This document shows, one piece after another, positions 35,997 to 45,359 of a stretch of 64,000 nucleotides of DNA (position 1 is the first letter of the stretch; every line of letters starts with the position of its first letter). The stretch comes from an uncultured Holophagae bacterium. GTDB lineage: Bacteria; Acidobacteriota; Thermoanaerobaculia; Thermoanaerobaculales; Sulfomarinibacteraceae. The notes under the pieces were generated by a model that saw only the letters and a list, made by a program, of their open reading frames with translations, was not told the DNA's origin and ran no database searches. The stretch covers positions 1,551,199 to 1,615,198 of the forward strand of contig CAVQBD010000009.1 of the NCBI GenBank assembly GCA_963710645.1. Direction: 5' to 3'. Position numbers and translations under genes: made by a program.

Positions 35997-38900
35997 TCAG
36001 CCCCCGTACTCCCGCCACGGCCGGACCTTGAGCTGGTCGATAGGGACGCGCTCCAGGGCCTCGGTAAGGCGCTCGGCGAGCTGGCGGTTGGTGATCAAGG
36101 GCACCCCGAAGTCCACCGCGGTGCGGCGGATGATGTAGTCGTTGGTCAGCTCTTCCTTCTGGAAGTGCTTCGGGATGTTGATCACGAGATCGAGCCGGCC
36201 CTCCTTGATGAAGTCCACAGCGTTGGGTTGGGCTTTGTCCAGCGGCCAATGCAGGACCGTGGTCTCGATCCCCTTGTCGGCCAGGAAATCGGCGGTGCCC
36301 TGGGTGGCGTAGAGTTCGACGCCAAGCTTGACCAGCCGGCGGGCGCTGTCCTGGAACGCGGCCTTGGACTCGATGGGGCCGGTGGACAGCAGGGCGTTCT
36401 TGATCGGTAGTTTGAAGCCCACCGCGATCAACGCCTTGAGGAACGCCTCGTCGAAGTCCCAGCCGAGACACGCGACCTCGCCGGTGGAGGCCATCTCCAC
36501 ACCGAGGGTGGGGTCGGCGCCCTCGAGCCGAGTGAATGAGAAATGCGGGGCCTTGACTCCCACGTAGTCGAGGTCGAGGTGGGACCTCTCGTCCGTCTCC
36601 ACGGGCCGCCCCATCATGACCCGGGTTGCGGCGTCGATGAAGTTGCGTTTGAGGACCTTTGACACGAATGGGAAGGAGCGTGACGCCCGCAGGTTGCACT
36701 CGATCACCATCACCCTATTGTCCTTGGCAAGGAACTGGATGTTGAAGGGTCCGGTGATGTTCATGGACCGCGCCACCTGGGTGGTGATCACGCGGACTCT
36801 CCGCATGGTCTCCAGATAGGTGCGCTGCGGCGGCAGGACCAGGGTGGCGTCACCCGAGTGGACGCCGGCGTTCTCCACGTGTTCGGACACCGCTGAGCAC
36901 ACCAACTCGCCATCGCGGGCGACCGCGTCGACGTCGATCTCCTTGGCGTTCTCGATGAATTTGGACACCACCACCGGGTGGTCGGGTGAAATGTCCACTG
37001 CCTTGTCCAGGAAGATGGTGAGCTCCTCGTCAGTGCCGGCCACAGCCATGGCCGCGCCGGACAGTACGTAGGACGGACGGACGATGACGGGATAGCCGTG
37101 TTGGTGGGCGAAGCGTTGGGTCTCGTCCACCGAACTGAGCTCCTGCCAGGCCGGTTGTGGCACGCCAAGCTTTTCGAGCAGGCTCGAGAAACTGTGCCGG
37201 TTCTCGGCGCGGTCGATGGATCGGGGTGAGGTTCCAAGCACTCGCATGCCCATCTCGTGGCAGCGGAGGGCGAGATTGTTCGGCACCTGTCCGCCCATTG
37301 AGAGCATGATTCCGAGCGGCGTTTCCTTGCTGTAGATCTCGGACACCGCTTCAAAGCTCAGCTCGTCAAAGTACAAACGGTCGCACTCGTCGTAGTCGGT
37401 GCTGACGGTTTCCGGGTTGTGGTTGACCATCAGAGTCCGGTAGCCGAGCTCCCGCAGGGTTCGGGCCGCATTGACGCAACACCAATCGAACTCCACCGAG
37501 GAACCGATCCGGTAGGCCCCCGGGCCGAGGATCATCACGGCCCCCTCTTGGCCGTAGGTGACGTCGTCCTCGGTTCCGTTGTAGGTCAGGTAGAGGTAGT
37601 TTGTCGCGGCGGGATACTCAGCCGCCAGCGTGTCGATTTGTTTGACGGCCGGGTGGAGCTTGAGCTTGTGCCGGCTCTCACGCACTCGGTCCTCGTCGGC
37701 GCCGACGGCAATCCCGATCTGGAAGTCCGAAAAGCCGTGCTGCTTCGCCTCGAGCATCAACTCGTGATCGATTTCTTCGAGATCGCGGGTTTCGAGTCTT
37801 TGGGCAATGGCCACGATGTTGGCAATCTTGTCCAGGAACCAGTGGTCGATGTGGGTGATCTCGTGGATCTCGTCCACAGATATTCCGGTGCGGATCGCCT
37901 CCGCGACGGCGAAAATCCTCTGTTCGGTGGGCTCGGCCAGAGCAGTTCTGAGATCATCGAATGTCATGCGGTCGTTGAGAACCAGGCCCCGTGCGCCGGT
38001 CTCGGTCATCCGCAATGCTTTCTGCAGGGTTTCCTCGAGCCGGCGGCCGATGGCCATGACCTCTCCCACCGACTTCATGGCTGATCCGATCCGCTGTTCC
38101 ACTCCGGGGAACTTCTGGAAGTCCCACCTGGGCGCCTTGACCACCACGTAGTCCAGAGCCGGCTCGAAGCAGGCGCAGGTGGAGCGGGTGACCGAGTTCT
38201 CAACCTCGGTGAGGGAAAAACCGAGCGCGAGCTTTGCCGCCACAAAGGCCAGTGGGTAGCCGGTGGCCTTGGAGGCCAGGGCCGACGACCGTGACAGCCG
38301 GGCGTTGATCTCGATCACGCGGTAGCCCTCGCCGGTGGGCGAAAGGGCGTACTGGATGTTGCACTCACCAACGATGCCCAGGTGCCGGACCACCCGAGTG
38401 GCGATCTCGCGAAGTTGGTGGTATTCGGAGTTGTCGAGGGTCTGGGATGGGGCCACAACCAGACTCTCACCGGTGTGGATGCCCATGGGATCGATGTTCT
38501 CCATGTTGCACACGGTGATGCAGTTGTCGTAGGCGTCCCGCATCACCTCGTATTCGATCTCTTTCCAACCCTCGAGATACTCCTCCACCAGAACCTGTTC
38601 GGTATGGGCGAAGGCCTTTTTCGCCAGTTTTCTGAGTTCCTCCTCGGTGCGGCAGATGCCGGACCCGAGTCCACCCAGGGCGAAGGCCACCCGGGCCATG
38701 CATGGGAAGCCGATCTCGAGGCCGGCCGCCACCGCCTCATCGATGCTGGTTGTAGGTCGGCTGCGGGGGACATCCACCTCTACCTCGGCTAGGCGCGCCA
38801 CGAAGCGTTCTCGGTCCTCGGTGTCGAGCACCGACTCGATGGGTGCGCCCAGGACGCGAATGCCGTGTTTCTCCAGCAGGCCCTGGCGGTAGAGCTCGAC

Positions 38901-39194
38901 GCCGCAGTTGAGAGCCGTCTGGCCGCCAAACCCGAGGAGAATCCCGTCGGGCTTTTCCTTCTCGATCACCTGTTCCACAAATTCGGGCGTGACCGGGATG
39001 AAGTAGATCTCGTCCGCGAGGTGTTCCGAGGTCTGGATCGTGGCCACGTTGGGGTTGATGAGCACGGTCCGGATGCCCTCTTCTTTGAGGGCCTTGATCG
39101 CCTGGCTGCCGGAGTAGTCGAATTCGCCCGCTTCGCCGATTTTCAGCGCAGAGCTCCCGAGCACGAGGACGGTGTTGGGAAGGTCGTTTCTCAT
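35997..39194 (-). CDS. carB: Carbamoyl-phosphate synthase large subunit
   Basis: 1065 aa. Duplicated ATP-grasp halves and an MGS-like C-terminus. Unmistakable CarB blocks throughout. Confidence 0.97.
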   Translation of the reverse strand: MRNDLPNTVLVLGSSALKIGEAGEFDYSGSQAIKALKEEGIRTVLINPNVATIQTSEHLADEIYFIPVTPEFVEQVIEKEKPDGILLGFGGQTALNCGVELYRQGLLEKHGIRVLGAPIESVLDTEDRERFVARLAEVEVDVPRSRPTTSIDEAVAAGLEIGFPCMARVAFALGGLGSGICRTEEELRKLAKKAFAHTEQVLVEEYLEGWKEIEYEVMRDAYDNCITVCNMENIDPMGIHTGESLVVAPSQTLDNSEYHQLREIATRVVRHLGIVGECNIQYALSPTGEGYRVIEINARLSRSSALASKATGYPLAFVAAKLALGFSLTEVENSVTRSTCACFEPALDYVVVKAPRWDFQKFPGVEQRIGSAMKSVGEVMAIGRRLEETLQKALRMTETGARGLVLNDRMTFDDLRTALAEPTEQRIFAVAEAIRTGISVDEIHEITHIDHWFLDKIANIVAIAQRLETRDLEEIDHELMLEAKQHGFSDFQIGIAVGADEDRVRESRHKLKLHPAVKQIDTLAAEYPAATNYLYLTYNGTEDDVTYGQEGAVMILGPGAYRIGSSVEFDWCCVNAARTLRELGYRTLMVNHNPETVSTDYDECDRLYFDELSFEAVSEIYSKETPLGIMLSMGGQVPNNLALRCHEMGMRVLGTSPRSIDRAENRHSFSSLLEKLGVPQPAWQELSSVDETQRFAHQHGYPVIVRPSYVLSGAAMAVAGTDEELTIFLDKAVDISPDHPVVVSKFIENAKEIDVDAVARDGELVCSAVSEHVENAGVHSGDATLVLPPQRTYLETMRRVRVITTQVARSMNITGPFNIQFLAKDNRVMVIECNLRASRSFPFVSKVLKRNFIDAATRVMMGRPVETDERSHLDLDYVGVKAPHFSFTRLEGADPTLGVEMASTGEVACLGWDFDEAFLKALIAVGFKLPIKNALLSTGPIESKAAFQDSARRLVKLGVELYATQGTADFLADKGIETTVLHWPLDKAQPNAVDFIKEGRLDLVINIPKHFQKEELTNDYIIRRTAVDFGVPLITNRQLAERLTEALERVPIDQLKVRPWREYGG

Positions 39195-40297
39195 GCGTTC
39201 CTCCCCTTCACCACCGTGGCGAAGTCGTCAAAAATCCAAGCCGAGTCCACCGGTCCCGGGTTCGCCTCGGGGTGAAACTGAACACTCCGGATCGGCTTGG
39301 AAACGTGACGTATGCCCTCCACTGTGTCGTCGTTGGCGTTGACGAACCACAGCTGCCAGTCCGGGGGCAGCGAGTCGGCGCGGACGGCGAAGCCGTGGTT
39401 CTGGGAGGTGATCACACACCGCCTGCCGCGCTCTCCGGAGGGCAGCATCTCGACACACGGTTGGTTCTGGCTGCGGTGGCCAAAGGGCAGTTTGAAGGTC
39501 TCAGCGCCGGCGGCCAACGCCAGGAGTTGATTGCCGAGGCAGATTCCCAGGATCGGCACATCCAGCGCCAGTGCGCGTTCGATATTGCGAATCGCCGCCG
39601 AGCACATCCTGGGATTGCCAGGCCCATTGGAGATCAACAGCCCGTCAAAGGCCATGCCGGGAAAATAGTGATCGTGGGGTACTCGAACCACATCCAGACC
39701 GCGGTCGAGCATGCTGCGGATGATGCTCGTCTTGCAGCCACAGTCGAGAAGCGCCACCGTTGGGGCACCGTCCAACCTACACCTGTAGTGGACCACGTCG
39801 TCGACGCTGACCGTGGCCACGAGGTCGGTGGCGTTGGGATCCACAAGGGTCACTCCTTCGGTGGTTCCCCGGGGCTCGATGGCGCCGAGCATCGTGCCTT
39901 TTTCGCGGAGTCGCTTGGTCAATGCGCGGGTGTCCACCGCGGCCAGGGCCGGGATGCCCTCGCCGGTGAGCCAGGCGTGGAGAGATCGGGTGGCAAGGTG
40001 GTGGCTGTAGCGCTCTGAGTTCTCCCAAACCACCAGCCCCGCCGCCTGGATTTTTTCGGACTCGAAACCCACCGGCAGTCCCCGGTCGTCGAGGCCATAA
40101 GGTGGCACGCCGTAGTTTCCCACGAGGGGATAGGTGAGCACCAAGATCTGACCCGCGTATGACGGATCGGTGAGCGACTCCGGATACCCCACCATGCCGG
40201 TGTTGAAGACCACCTCTCCGGCGACCGGCTCTTCGGCACCAAACGCGATTCCCTCGAAGACAGACCCGTCCTCGAGCCGCAACCGTCCTCGTCCCAT
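39191..40297 (-). CDS. carA: Carbamoyl-phosphate synthase small (glutaminase) subunit
   Basis: Track ORF 39191..40582 trimmed to MGRGRLRLEDGSVFEG (369 aa). GICLGNQLL catalytic Cys and QFHPE. Overlaps the carB start. Confidence 0.95.
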   Translation of the reverse strand: MGRGRLRLEDGSVFEGIAFGAEEPVAGEVVFNTGMVGYPESLTDPSYAGQILVLTYPLVGNYGVPPYGLDDRGLPVGFESEKIQAAGLVVWENSERYSHHLATRSLHAWLTGEGIPALAAVDTRALTKRLREKGTMLGAIEPRGTTEGVTLVDPNATDLVATVSVDDVVHYRCRLDGAPTVALLDCGCKTSIIRSMLDRGLDVVRVPHDHYFPGMAFDGLLISNGPGNPRMCSAAIRNIERALALDVPILGICLGNQLLALAAGAETFKLPFGHRSQNQPCVEMLPSGERGRRCVITSQNHGFAVRADSLPPDWQLWFVNANDDTVEGIRHVSKPIRSVQFHPEANPGPVDSAWIFDDFATVVKGRNA

Positions 40298-40455
40298 CAA
40301 CACCCCCGTCGTACAACCGCCCCGATCTGGATCCGACGGCGTCCGACCGGGGCCGCATCGTGGTTCTGGGGCGGGAGTGTAACAGGTCGAATCAGGGTGC
40401 CGGTGGGTCGGTTCCCCGTCCGCCGACGCCCGCTGGCAGCGGCGCGGCCGGTGAG

Positions 40456-40484
40456 TTGACCTGGGGTGGATCCTCACATAGCAT
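40456..40484 (+). promoter_or_regulatory. Candidate sigma70-type promoter giving a leaderless BLUF mRNA
   Basis: TTGACC (40456-40461), 17-nt spacer, TAGCAT (40479-40484). The ATG at 40491 lies 7 nt after the -10 element, and there is no SD sequence. Confidence 0.35.
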
Positions 40485-40490
40485 CTGTCA

Positions 40491-40916
40491 ATGTTCAAGA
40501 GAATCAAATACGTGAGTCGGTTCGAAAAACCAATGTCCGCGGATGCCATCGAGCAGATCGGCGAACTGTCGCGGAAAAACAACGAGAGTCTCGGCCTGAC
40601 AGGCCTCCTGATGTCATCCGGCGGGATCTTCTATCAGGTGCTGGAAGGACCGGCGGAAGCAGTGGACGATGTCTACCGGCGTATCGTCGCCGACGGACGT
40701 CATACGGATCTGGTGCTCATCAGCTCCGTGGAAAACGTGGAGCGCCTGTTCCCGGACTGGTCCATGGAAACCATCAACCTGGACGCGGACTCTCACGTCC
40801 GACTGTTCCCGTTGAAGGCGCTGATCAAGGCCGTGTTCGAGCAGAGTCGTCTGATGGAGAACATGATGTGGGCCATCGAGCGCACGGTGCAGCACGAGAT
40901 GCGGCGGAGTGACTGA
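40491..40916 (+). CDS. Short BLUF-domain blue-light FAD photoreceptor
   Basis: 141 aa. The conserved Tyr (RIKYVSRF), Gln (GIFYQVLEG), DGRH and WSM are all present. Confidence 0.9.
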   Translation: MFKRIKYVSRFEKPMSADAIEQIGELSRKNNESLGLTGLLMSSGGIFYQVLEGPAEAVDDVYRRIVADGRHTDLVLISSVENVERLFPDWSMETINLDADSHVRLFPLKALIKAVFEQSRLMENMMWAIERTVQHEMRRSD

Positions 40917-40954
40917 CGGAATCTCGCCTTAGGGCGGTGGGTTCTAGAAACAGC

Positions 40955-42799
40955 ATGGTCAACCGACGCCTCCGTCGCGTGTGCCTGCTCGGGCTTGTTT
41001 TGGCGTTCTCCGCCTTGTCCGTCCAAGCAGAGGAACAATGCCAGTGGCGTTGGGATGGGGTTGAGCGCGTGGTCGTTGTGGGTGACGTTCACGGCGCCTA
41101 TGACTCGCTCATCGGCATTCTCCGCGAGGCCGGTTTGATCGACGCCGACACCATCTGGTCCGGCGGCGAGGACCACCTGGTCATGCTGGGCGACCTCGTG
41201 GATCGGGGCCCCGACTCCAGAAAGGCGCTGGCCCTGATCATGCGGCTCCAGCACGAGGCGGAGGAGGCCGGCGGCCGGGTTCACGTGGTGCTCGGCAACC
41301 ATGAGGTCATGGATCTGGTTGGCGAACTCAGCTACGTCAACCCCTCCGAGTTTGCAGCCTTCTCAAAGGAGGAGGATGCCAAGCAACGCAAGGCGGCCTT
41401 CAAGCGAACGCTGAAGTCGTCGGTGTCGCAGAACGGCGATCTCGGCAAGATGCGCAAGGTCTTCGCCAACAGGTATCCCCCCGGCTACTTCGGTCACCGC
41501 CAAGCCTTCTCCCCGGACGGCCTCTACGGAAAGTGGCTGTTGCGTCAGTCGGTCCTCGTGGTGGTGAACGACGTCGCCTTTGTTCACGGCGGCCTGCCCC
41601 CGATGCTGCTGGAAATCGAGCCGGACCAGATCAATCCGGTGGCCATGGGCGAGCTGCGGCAATTCATGGATGCCCGCCAGCGGTTGATGGAGTTCGGGGT
41701 GCTTGGGCCGGAGATGTCGTACAACCAGCAGATCAGCCAGGTCAGTGAGATTGTCGAAGATCCGACGAGCCGGCCGGAGGTCGTGGCCGCTGCCAAGCAG
41801 CTCTTCCAGGCGGCCGAAGGTATGGTCTTCCGCCGGGACGGCCCCCTCTGGTATCGCGGGCTCGCGCTTAACCCCGAGGTTGACGAACAGGCTCTGGTGG
41901 ACGACGTGCTCGAGCACGTGGGGGCCGATCGTGTGATCGTGGGCCACACCCCGGTCCACACCGACAGAATCGCGACCCGGTTCGACGGTGCCGTGGTCAT
42001 GGCCGACACCGGGATGCTGACCGAGCATTATGGCGGACGGGCGTCCGCGGTGGAGATGACAGATGGGGTTCTCTCTGCGCTCTACACCGGTGAGGGCGCG
42101 ATGGCGCTCGAGGACCAGCGGTGGGACCTGACTCCCGGTCTATTCAGCGGACCCGATGAGGTGGTGGTGTTTCTCGAGTCGGCGCCGGCGGTCTCCATTG
42201 AATTGGTCGGGTCTGGGTCCACCCATCCCAAGGAAGTGATCCTGGCGGATAACGGTCGCCGGTGTCGCGCCATCTTCAAGGATGTGGACGAGGGAGATCG
42301 GAGCTACGCGAACGAGATCGCCGCCTTCAAGCTGGACCGCATGCTTGGTCTCGGCATGGTCCCACCCACCGTGGTGCGCGAGATCAACGGCACCACCGGC
42401 TCGCTCCAACTCTATGTGGAGAACGCCATCAACGAAGAAGACCGGCTGGCCGAGGACCTCTGGCCCGCAGACAGGAGTGGCTTCCAAGAGCAACGGGAAC
42501 GCGCCGGTGTCTTCGACGTGCTGATCTTCAATATCGACCGGAACGGCAGCAACACTCTCATCACCACCAACGACTGGCAGATCCACCTCATCGACCACGA
42601 GCAGGCACTCAAACCCAGCCTGCCGAGTCCGTACCACCTCGAGGACGGGCGCGGCTTGCTCGATGGGGATTTTGCTGCAGCGCTGGCGGCGCTCGACCCG
42701 GAGGAAGTCCGCGCCGAGATCGGGGATCTGCTCACAGACCAGGAGATCGATGCGCTCTTCGAACGGCGCGATTTGATCCTAGCCGACGACACTGAATAG
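40955..42799 (+). CDS. Exported fusion protein: PPP-family metallophosphatase domain plus PI3/PI4-kinase-like domain
   Basis: The track ORF starts at 40937. I prefer the ATG at 40955. Signal/anchor segment LLGLVLAFSALSVQA. PPP motifs GDVHG, GDLVDRG, GNHE. The C-terminus has AIFKD, LDRMLGLGMVPPTVVRE, GSLQLYVE, FNIDRNGSN and LIDHEQAL, which look like kinase VAIK/catalytic-loop/DFG equivalents. Confidence 0.65.
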   Translation: MVNRRLRRVCLLGLVLAFSALSVQAEEQCQWRWDGVERVVVVGDVHGAYDSLIGILREAGLIDADTIWSGGEDHLVMLGDLVDRGPDSRKALALIMRLQHEAEEAGGRVHVVLGNHEVMDLVGELSYVNPSEFAAFSKEEDAKQRKAAFKRTLKSSVSQNGDLGKMRKVFANRYPPGYFGHRQAFSPDGLYGKWLLRQSVLVVVNDVAFVHGGLPPMLLEIEPDQINPVAMGELRQFMDARQRLMEFGVLGPEMSYNQQISQVSEIVEDPTSRPEVVAAAKQLFQAAEGMVFRRDGPLWYRGLALNPEVDEQALVDDVLEHVGADRVIVGHTPVHTDRIATRFDGAVVMADTGMLTEHYGGRASAVEMTDGVLSALYTGEGAMALEDQRWDLTPGLFSGPDEVVVFLESAPAVSIELVGSGSTHPKEVILADNGRRCRAIFKDVDEGDRSYANEIAAFKLDRMLGLGMVPPTVVREINGTTGSLQLYVENAINEEDRLAEDLWPADRSGFQEQRERAGVFDVLIFNIDRNGSNTLITTNDWQIHLIDHEQALKPSLPSPYHLEDGRGLLDGDFAAALAALDPEEVRAEIGDLLTDQEIDALFERRDLILADDTE

Positions 42800-42892
42800 G
42801 GTCAATCTCTCGTCGTGCCGCCACTCGCGCCGCCACAACCTACCAACCCACGACCTCATCCCGGGAGATCCCGGGCTGGCTGTCGCCCTGTA

Positions 42893-43120
42893 TCAGTAGT
42901 AGGGCACGGCGACCGGCGGTCCGACCACGACGACGCCACCGCCACCGTATCCCGGATAACCGCCGTAACCCCAGCCGGGACCGTAGCCACCATAGCCGTA
43001 GCCGTGGCTCACCCCCACATACGTTGTTGTCGAGCCGTCAGCGGAAGTGCAGCCGGTCAACCACAGGACTGCGACCACAACCAGGAGAAGGGACGCCAGC
43101 GTCCGCATTGGATGTTTCAT
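42893..43120 (-). CDS. Small Gly/Tyr-rich lipoprotein
   Basis: 75 aa. Lipobox LTGC followed by GYGYGGYGPGWGYGGYPGYGGGG. Overlaps the stop of the upstream VOC gene. Confidence 0.55.
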   Translation of the reverse strand: MKHPMRTLASLLLVVVAVLWLTGCTSADGSTTTYVGVSHGYGYGGYGPGWGYGGYPGYGGGGVVVVGPPVAVPYY

Positions 43121-43971
43121 TTCGAGGCCCCCTCTTCTTTGCGCTGGTAGACGAAGAACGCCGCTCCGCTTGGGTCGGCGAGCAGGGCCACCGAACCGAG
43201 GCTGCTGAATGTACCGGGCTTTGCCAGGACGGTGCCGCCGAGCGTTGGGGTGCGGGCGAGCACGTCTTCGAGATTGGCCACCAGAAGGTACGGCGCCCAG
43301 ATCGGTTCGACCTTATCGTGCGGGGTCTTCACCAGCCCCGCCCGTATCTGGCCCCCCGTCTTGAAGACCTGGTAGGGCGCACCCCCGACATCGGTCTGGT
43401 CCTTTTCGTAACCGACGACCTTCTCGTAGAAGGCGGCGGCGGAGTCCGGGTCCCGGGCCCACAGCTCGGCCCAAACCCAGCTGCCGGGTCCACGGTCACC
43501 GCCCAGGGTCGTGACCGGGTCGAGCAACATCACCGGGACTCCCTCGGAATCGGAGATGACGGCATAGCGGGCGTAACCCACGGAGTCGGCGGGTTGGACG
43601 TGAACGGTCGAGCCGCGTTTTGATGCCCGTTTGACCGCCTTGTCCACGTCGTCAACCACGATGCCGGCAAGCCAGAAAGCCCCGTTGACGTCAGGCTTCT
43701 GGTTTGGGATCTGGCTGATACCGGCGATGGGCCGGCCGTTGTGGACCACCACGTAGTGCTGTGGAGTGTGTACCTGTATCTCCCAACCGAAGAGCTCGCG
43801 GTAGAAATCCAGCACGGCGTCGGCGTCCTCGGTGAGCAGATCGAACCAGACCACCGCCCCGGGGGCCGGGGGAGCCGACGGTTGAGAATTCTGCGCGTCA
43901 GCGTGTCCGATGGGCATGACAGCCAGCCCGATAAATATCAGAGCGATGGTGGCCGTTTTTCGGATGTTCAT
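43117..43971 (-). CDS. Secreted VOC (glyoxalase/bleomycin-resistance fold) family protein, two repeats
   Basis: Track ORF 43117..44280 trimmed to MNIRKTATIALIF (signal peptide), preceded by GAAGGAG. The VWFDL...FYRELFGW and WAELW...FYEKVVGY repeat pattern is typical of VOC tandem domains. Confidence 0.7.
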   Translation of the reverse strand: MNIRKTATIALIFIGLAVMPIGHADAQNSQPSAPPAPGAVVWFDLLTEDADAVLDFYRELFGWEIQVHTPQHYVVVHNGRPIAGISQIPNQKPDVNGAFWLAGIVVDDVDKAVKRASKRGSTVHVQPADSVGYARYAVISDSEGVPVMLLDPVTTLGGDRGPGSWVWAELWARDPDSAAAFYEKVVGYEKDQTDVGGAPYQVFKTGGQIRAGLVKTPHDKVEPIWAPYLLVANLEDVLARTPTLGGTVLAKPGTFSSLGSVALLADPSGAAFFVYQRKEEGASK

Positions 43972-44065
43972 GAAAACTCCTTCACCGAGTGTGTACGCAC
44001 AACCGATCCACGAAGATACAGCAATTAGGGAGATCCTTGGATTCCCGGGACCATGAGAAGCTGTT

Positions 44066-44078
44066 GGTGCCAGGCACC
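44066..44078. repeat. 13-bp perfect palindrome GGTGCCAGGCACC
   Basis: Read directly in the VOC/mscS intergenic region. The same 13-mer occurs at 54387-54399, and near-copies GGATGCCAGGCAC at 31968 and 32029. Confidence 0.7.
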
Positions 44079-44356
44079 GTCGCAGATGTCGCGATCTCGT
44101 GCTCCGTTGCACGACGGTGCATTCCCGACCGCTCCCCGAGGTGCCCCAGAATGATGCGACTCGAGGGCTGATGACGCGATCAGGTCCCGACATTGTGAAC
44201 GACGCACGCCGCTCCCGCACCCACTCCCTGCATGGCTCGCTCCCGCTTTGCTCCCTGCTCCTGCGCCTCTCCCCCCCCACCCCCCTGGCGATGCAAACAC
44301 GCCTGCGCTAAGGTGTGGGTTCCAAAAAACTAAAGAGGCACGAGAGGAGAAGACGC

Positions 44357-45190
44357 ATGGAACAGAATTTCGATGGTTTGATTGAAAACGTGATGACCCT
44401 GATCTCGACCTGGGGGCTTCGAGTGATCGGCGCGATTGCGCTGCTGATCGTCGGCCGGATGGTTGCCGGCGCGGTGCGCCGCGGTATGCGCCGGATGATG
44501 AAACGGGCCGATGCCGATCCGACCCTGATCCCCTTCGCGTCGAGCATGGTCTATTACCTGGTGATCGCCTTTGTGCTGATCGCCGTGCTCGGCATCTTCG
44601 GTATCCCCACCGCATCATTCGTGGCGGTGCTCGGCGCCGCGGGGCTGGCTGTGGGACTCGCTCTGCAGGGCACGCTGTCGAACTTTGCGGCCGGGGTGAT
44701 GCTGCTCGTTTTTCGTCCCTTCAAGGTAGGTGATCTGGTGGAGGTCGGCGGCCAGCTCGGTGTGGTCCAGGCGATCGGGATCTTCACGACCACCATGAAC
44801 AGCCTCGACAACAAGCGCGTCATCCAACCCAACTCCCAGGTCTTCTCGGGCACCATCGTCAACTACAACGGCAACGACACCCGCCGCGTGGACATGGTGA
44901 TGGGGATTGACTACGGAGACAACATCGGGGTGGCGATGGAGACCATCGATCGCATCGTCAAGGCCCATCCCAAGGTTCTGGCAGAACCCGAGGTTCAGAT
45001 CGCCGTGTCCAACCTGGGCGACTCCTCGGTGGATCTCGTGGTGCGGCCGTGGTGCGTCCCGGCAGACTACTGGACCGTCTATTTCGATCTGACCAGGCAG
45101 ATGAAGGAGGGCCTCGAGACCGCCGGTTGCTCGATCCCGTTCCCGCAGCGCGATGTCCATCTGTATCAAGAGAAGAGCGCGATGGCGTAA
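44357..45190 (+). CDS. MscS-family mechanosensitive channel
   Basis: Track ORF trimmed to MEQNFDGL (GAGGAGAAG upstream). TM3/beta-domain blocks GLALQGTLSNFAAGVMLLVFRPFKVGD. Confidence 0.9.
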   Translation: MEQNFDGLIENVMTLISTWGLRVIGAIALLIVGRMVAGAVRRGMRRMMKRADADPTLIPFASSMVYYLVIAFVLIAVLGIFGIPTASFVAVLGAAGLAVGLALQGTLSNFAAGVMLLVFRPFKVGDLVEVGGQLGVVQAIGIFTTTMNSLDNKRVIQPNSQVFSGTIVNYNGNDTRRVDMVMGIDYGDNIGVAMETIDRIVKAHPKVLAEPEVQIAVSNLGDSSVDLVVRPWCVPADYWTVYFDLTRQMKEGLETAGCSIPFPQRDVHLYQEKSAMA

Positions 45191-45196
45191 TCCGGA

Positions 45197-45260
45197 GAGC
45201 AGGGAGCAGAACCCCTGCCCCTGAGGGTGGTTTCGGGTGACGAATTCCGGGTTTCGGGCT
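45197..45260. repeat. Heptamer-periodic segment including a 9-bp bulged hairpin (45200-45223) just after the mscS stop
   Basis: GAGCAGG GAGCAGA ACCCCTG CCCCTGA, then GGTTTCG recurring at a 21-nt spacing (45229 and 45250). Confidence 0.5.
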
Positions 45261-45298
45261 GATCCGTCTTCGGTCGGGTAAAAAAACCCGGAACCCTG

Positions 45299-45332
45299 AA
45301 AAAACCGCCCACCCGGGTTCCCGGATGGGCGG
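45299..45332 (-). terminator. Rho-independent terminator of the beta-helix protein gene
   Basis: The minus strand reads CCGCCCA-tccgggaacccggg-TGGGCGG followed by TTTTTT, 28 nt after the stop at 45360. Confidence 0.6.
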
Positions 45333-45359
45333 TGGATTGTGCAACCGTGATCGACTGAA

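Noticed and set aside
42860-42885. CCCGGG-AGAT-CCCGGG hairpin between the convergent phosphatase-kinase fusion and the Gly/Tyr lipoprotein genes, as a terminator.
   Set aside because: It has only a 6-bp self-palindromic stem and no T-run on either strand. That is too weak to call.
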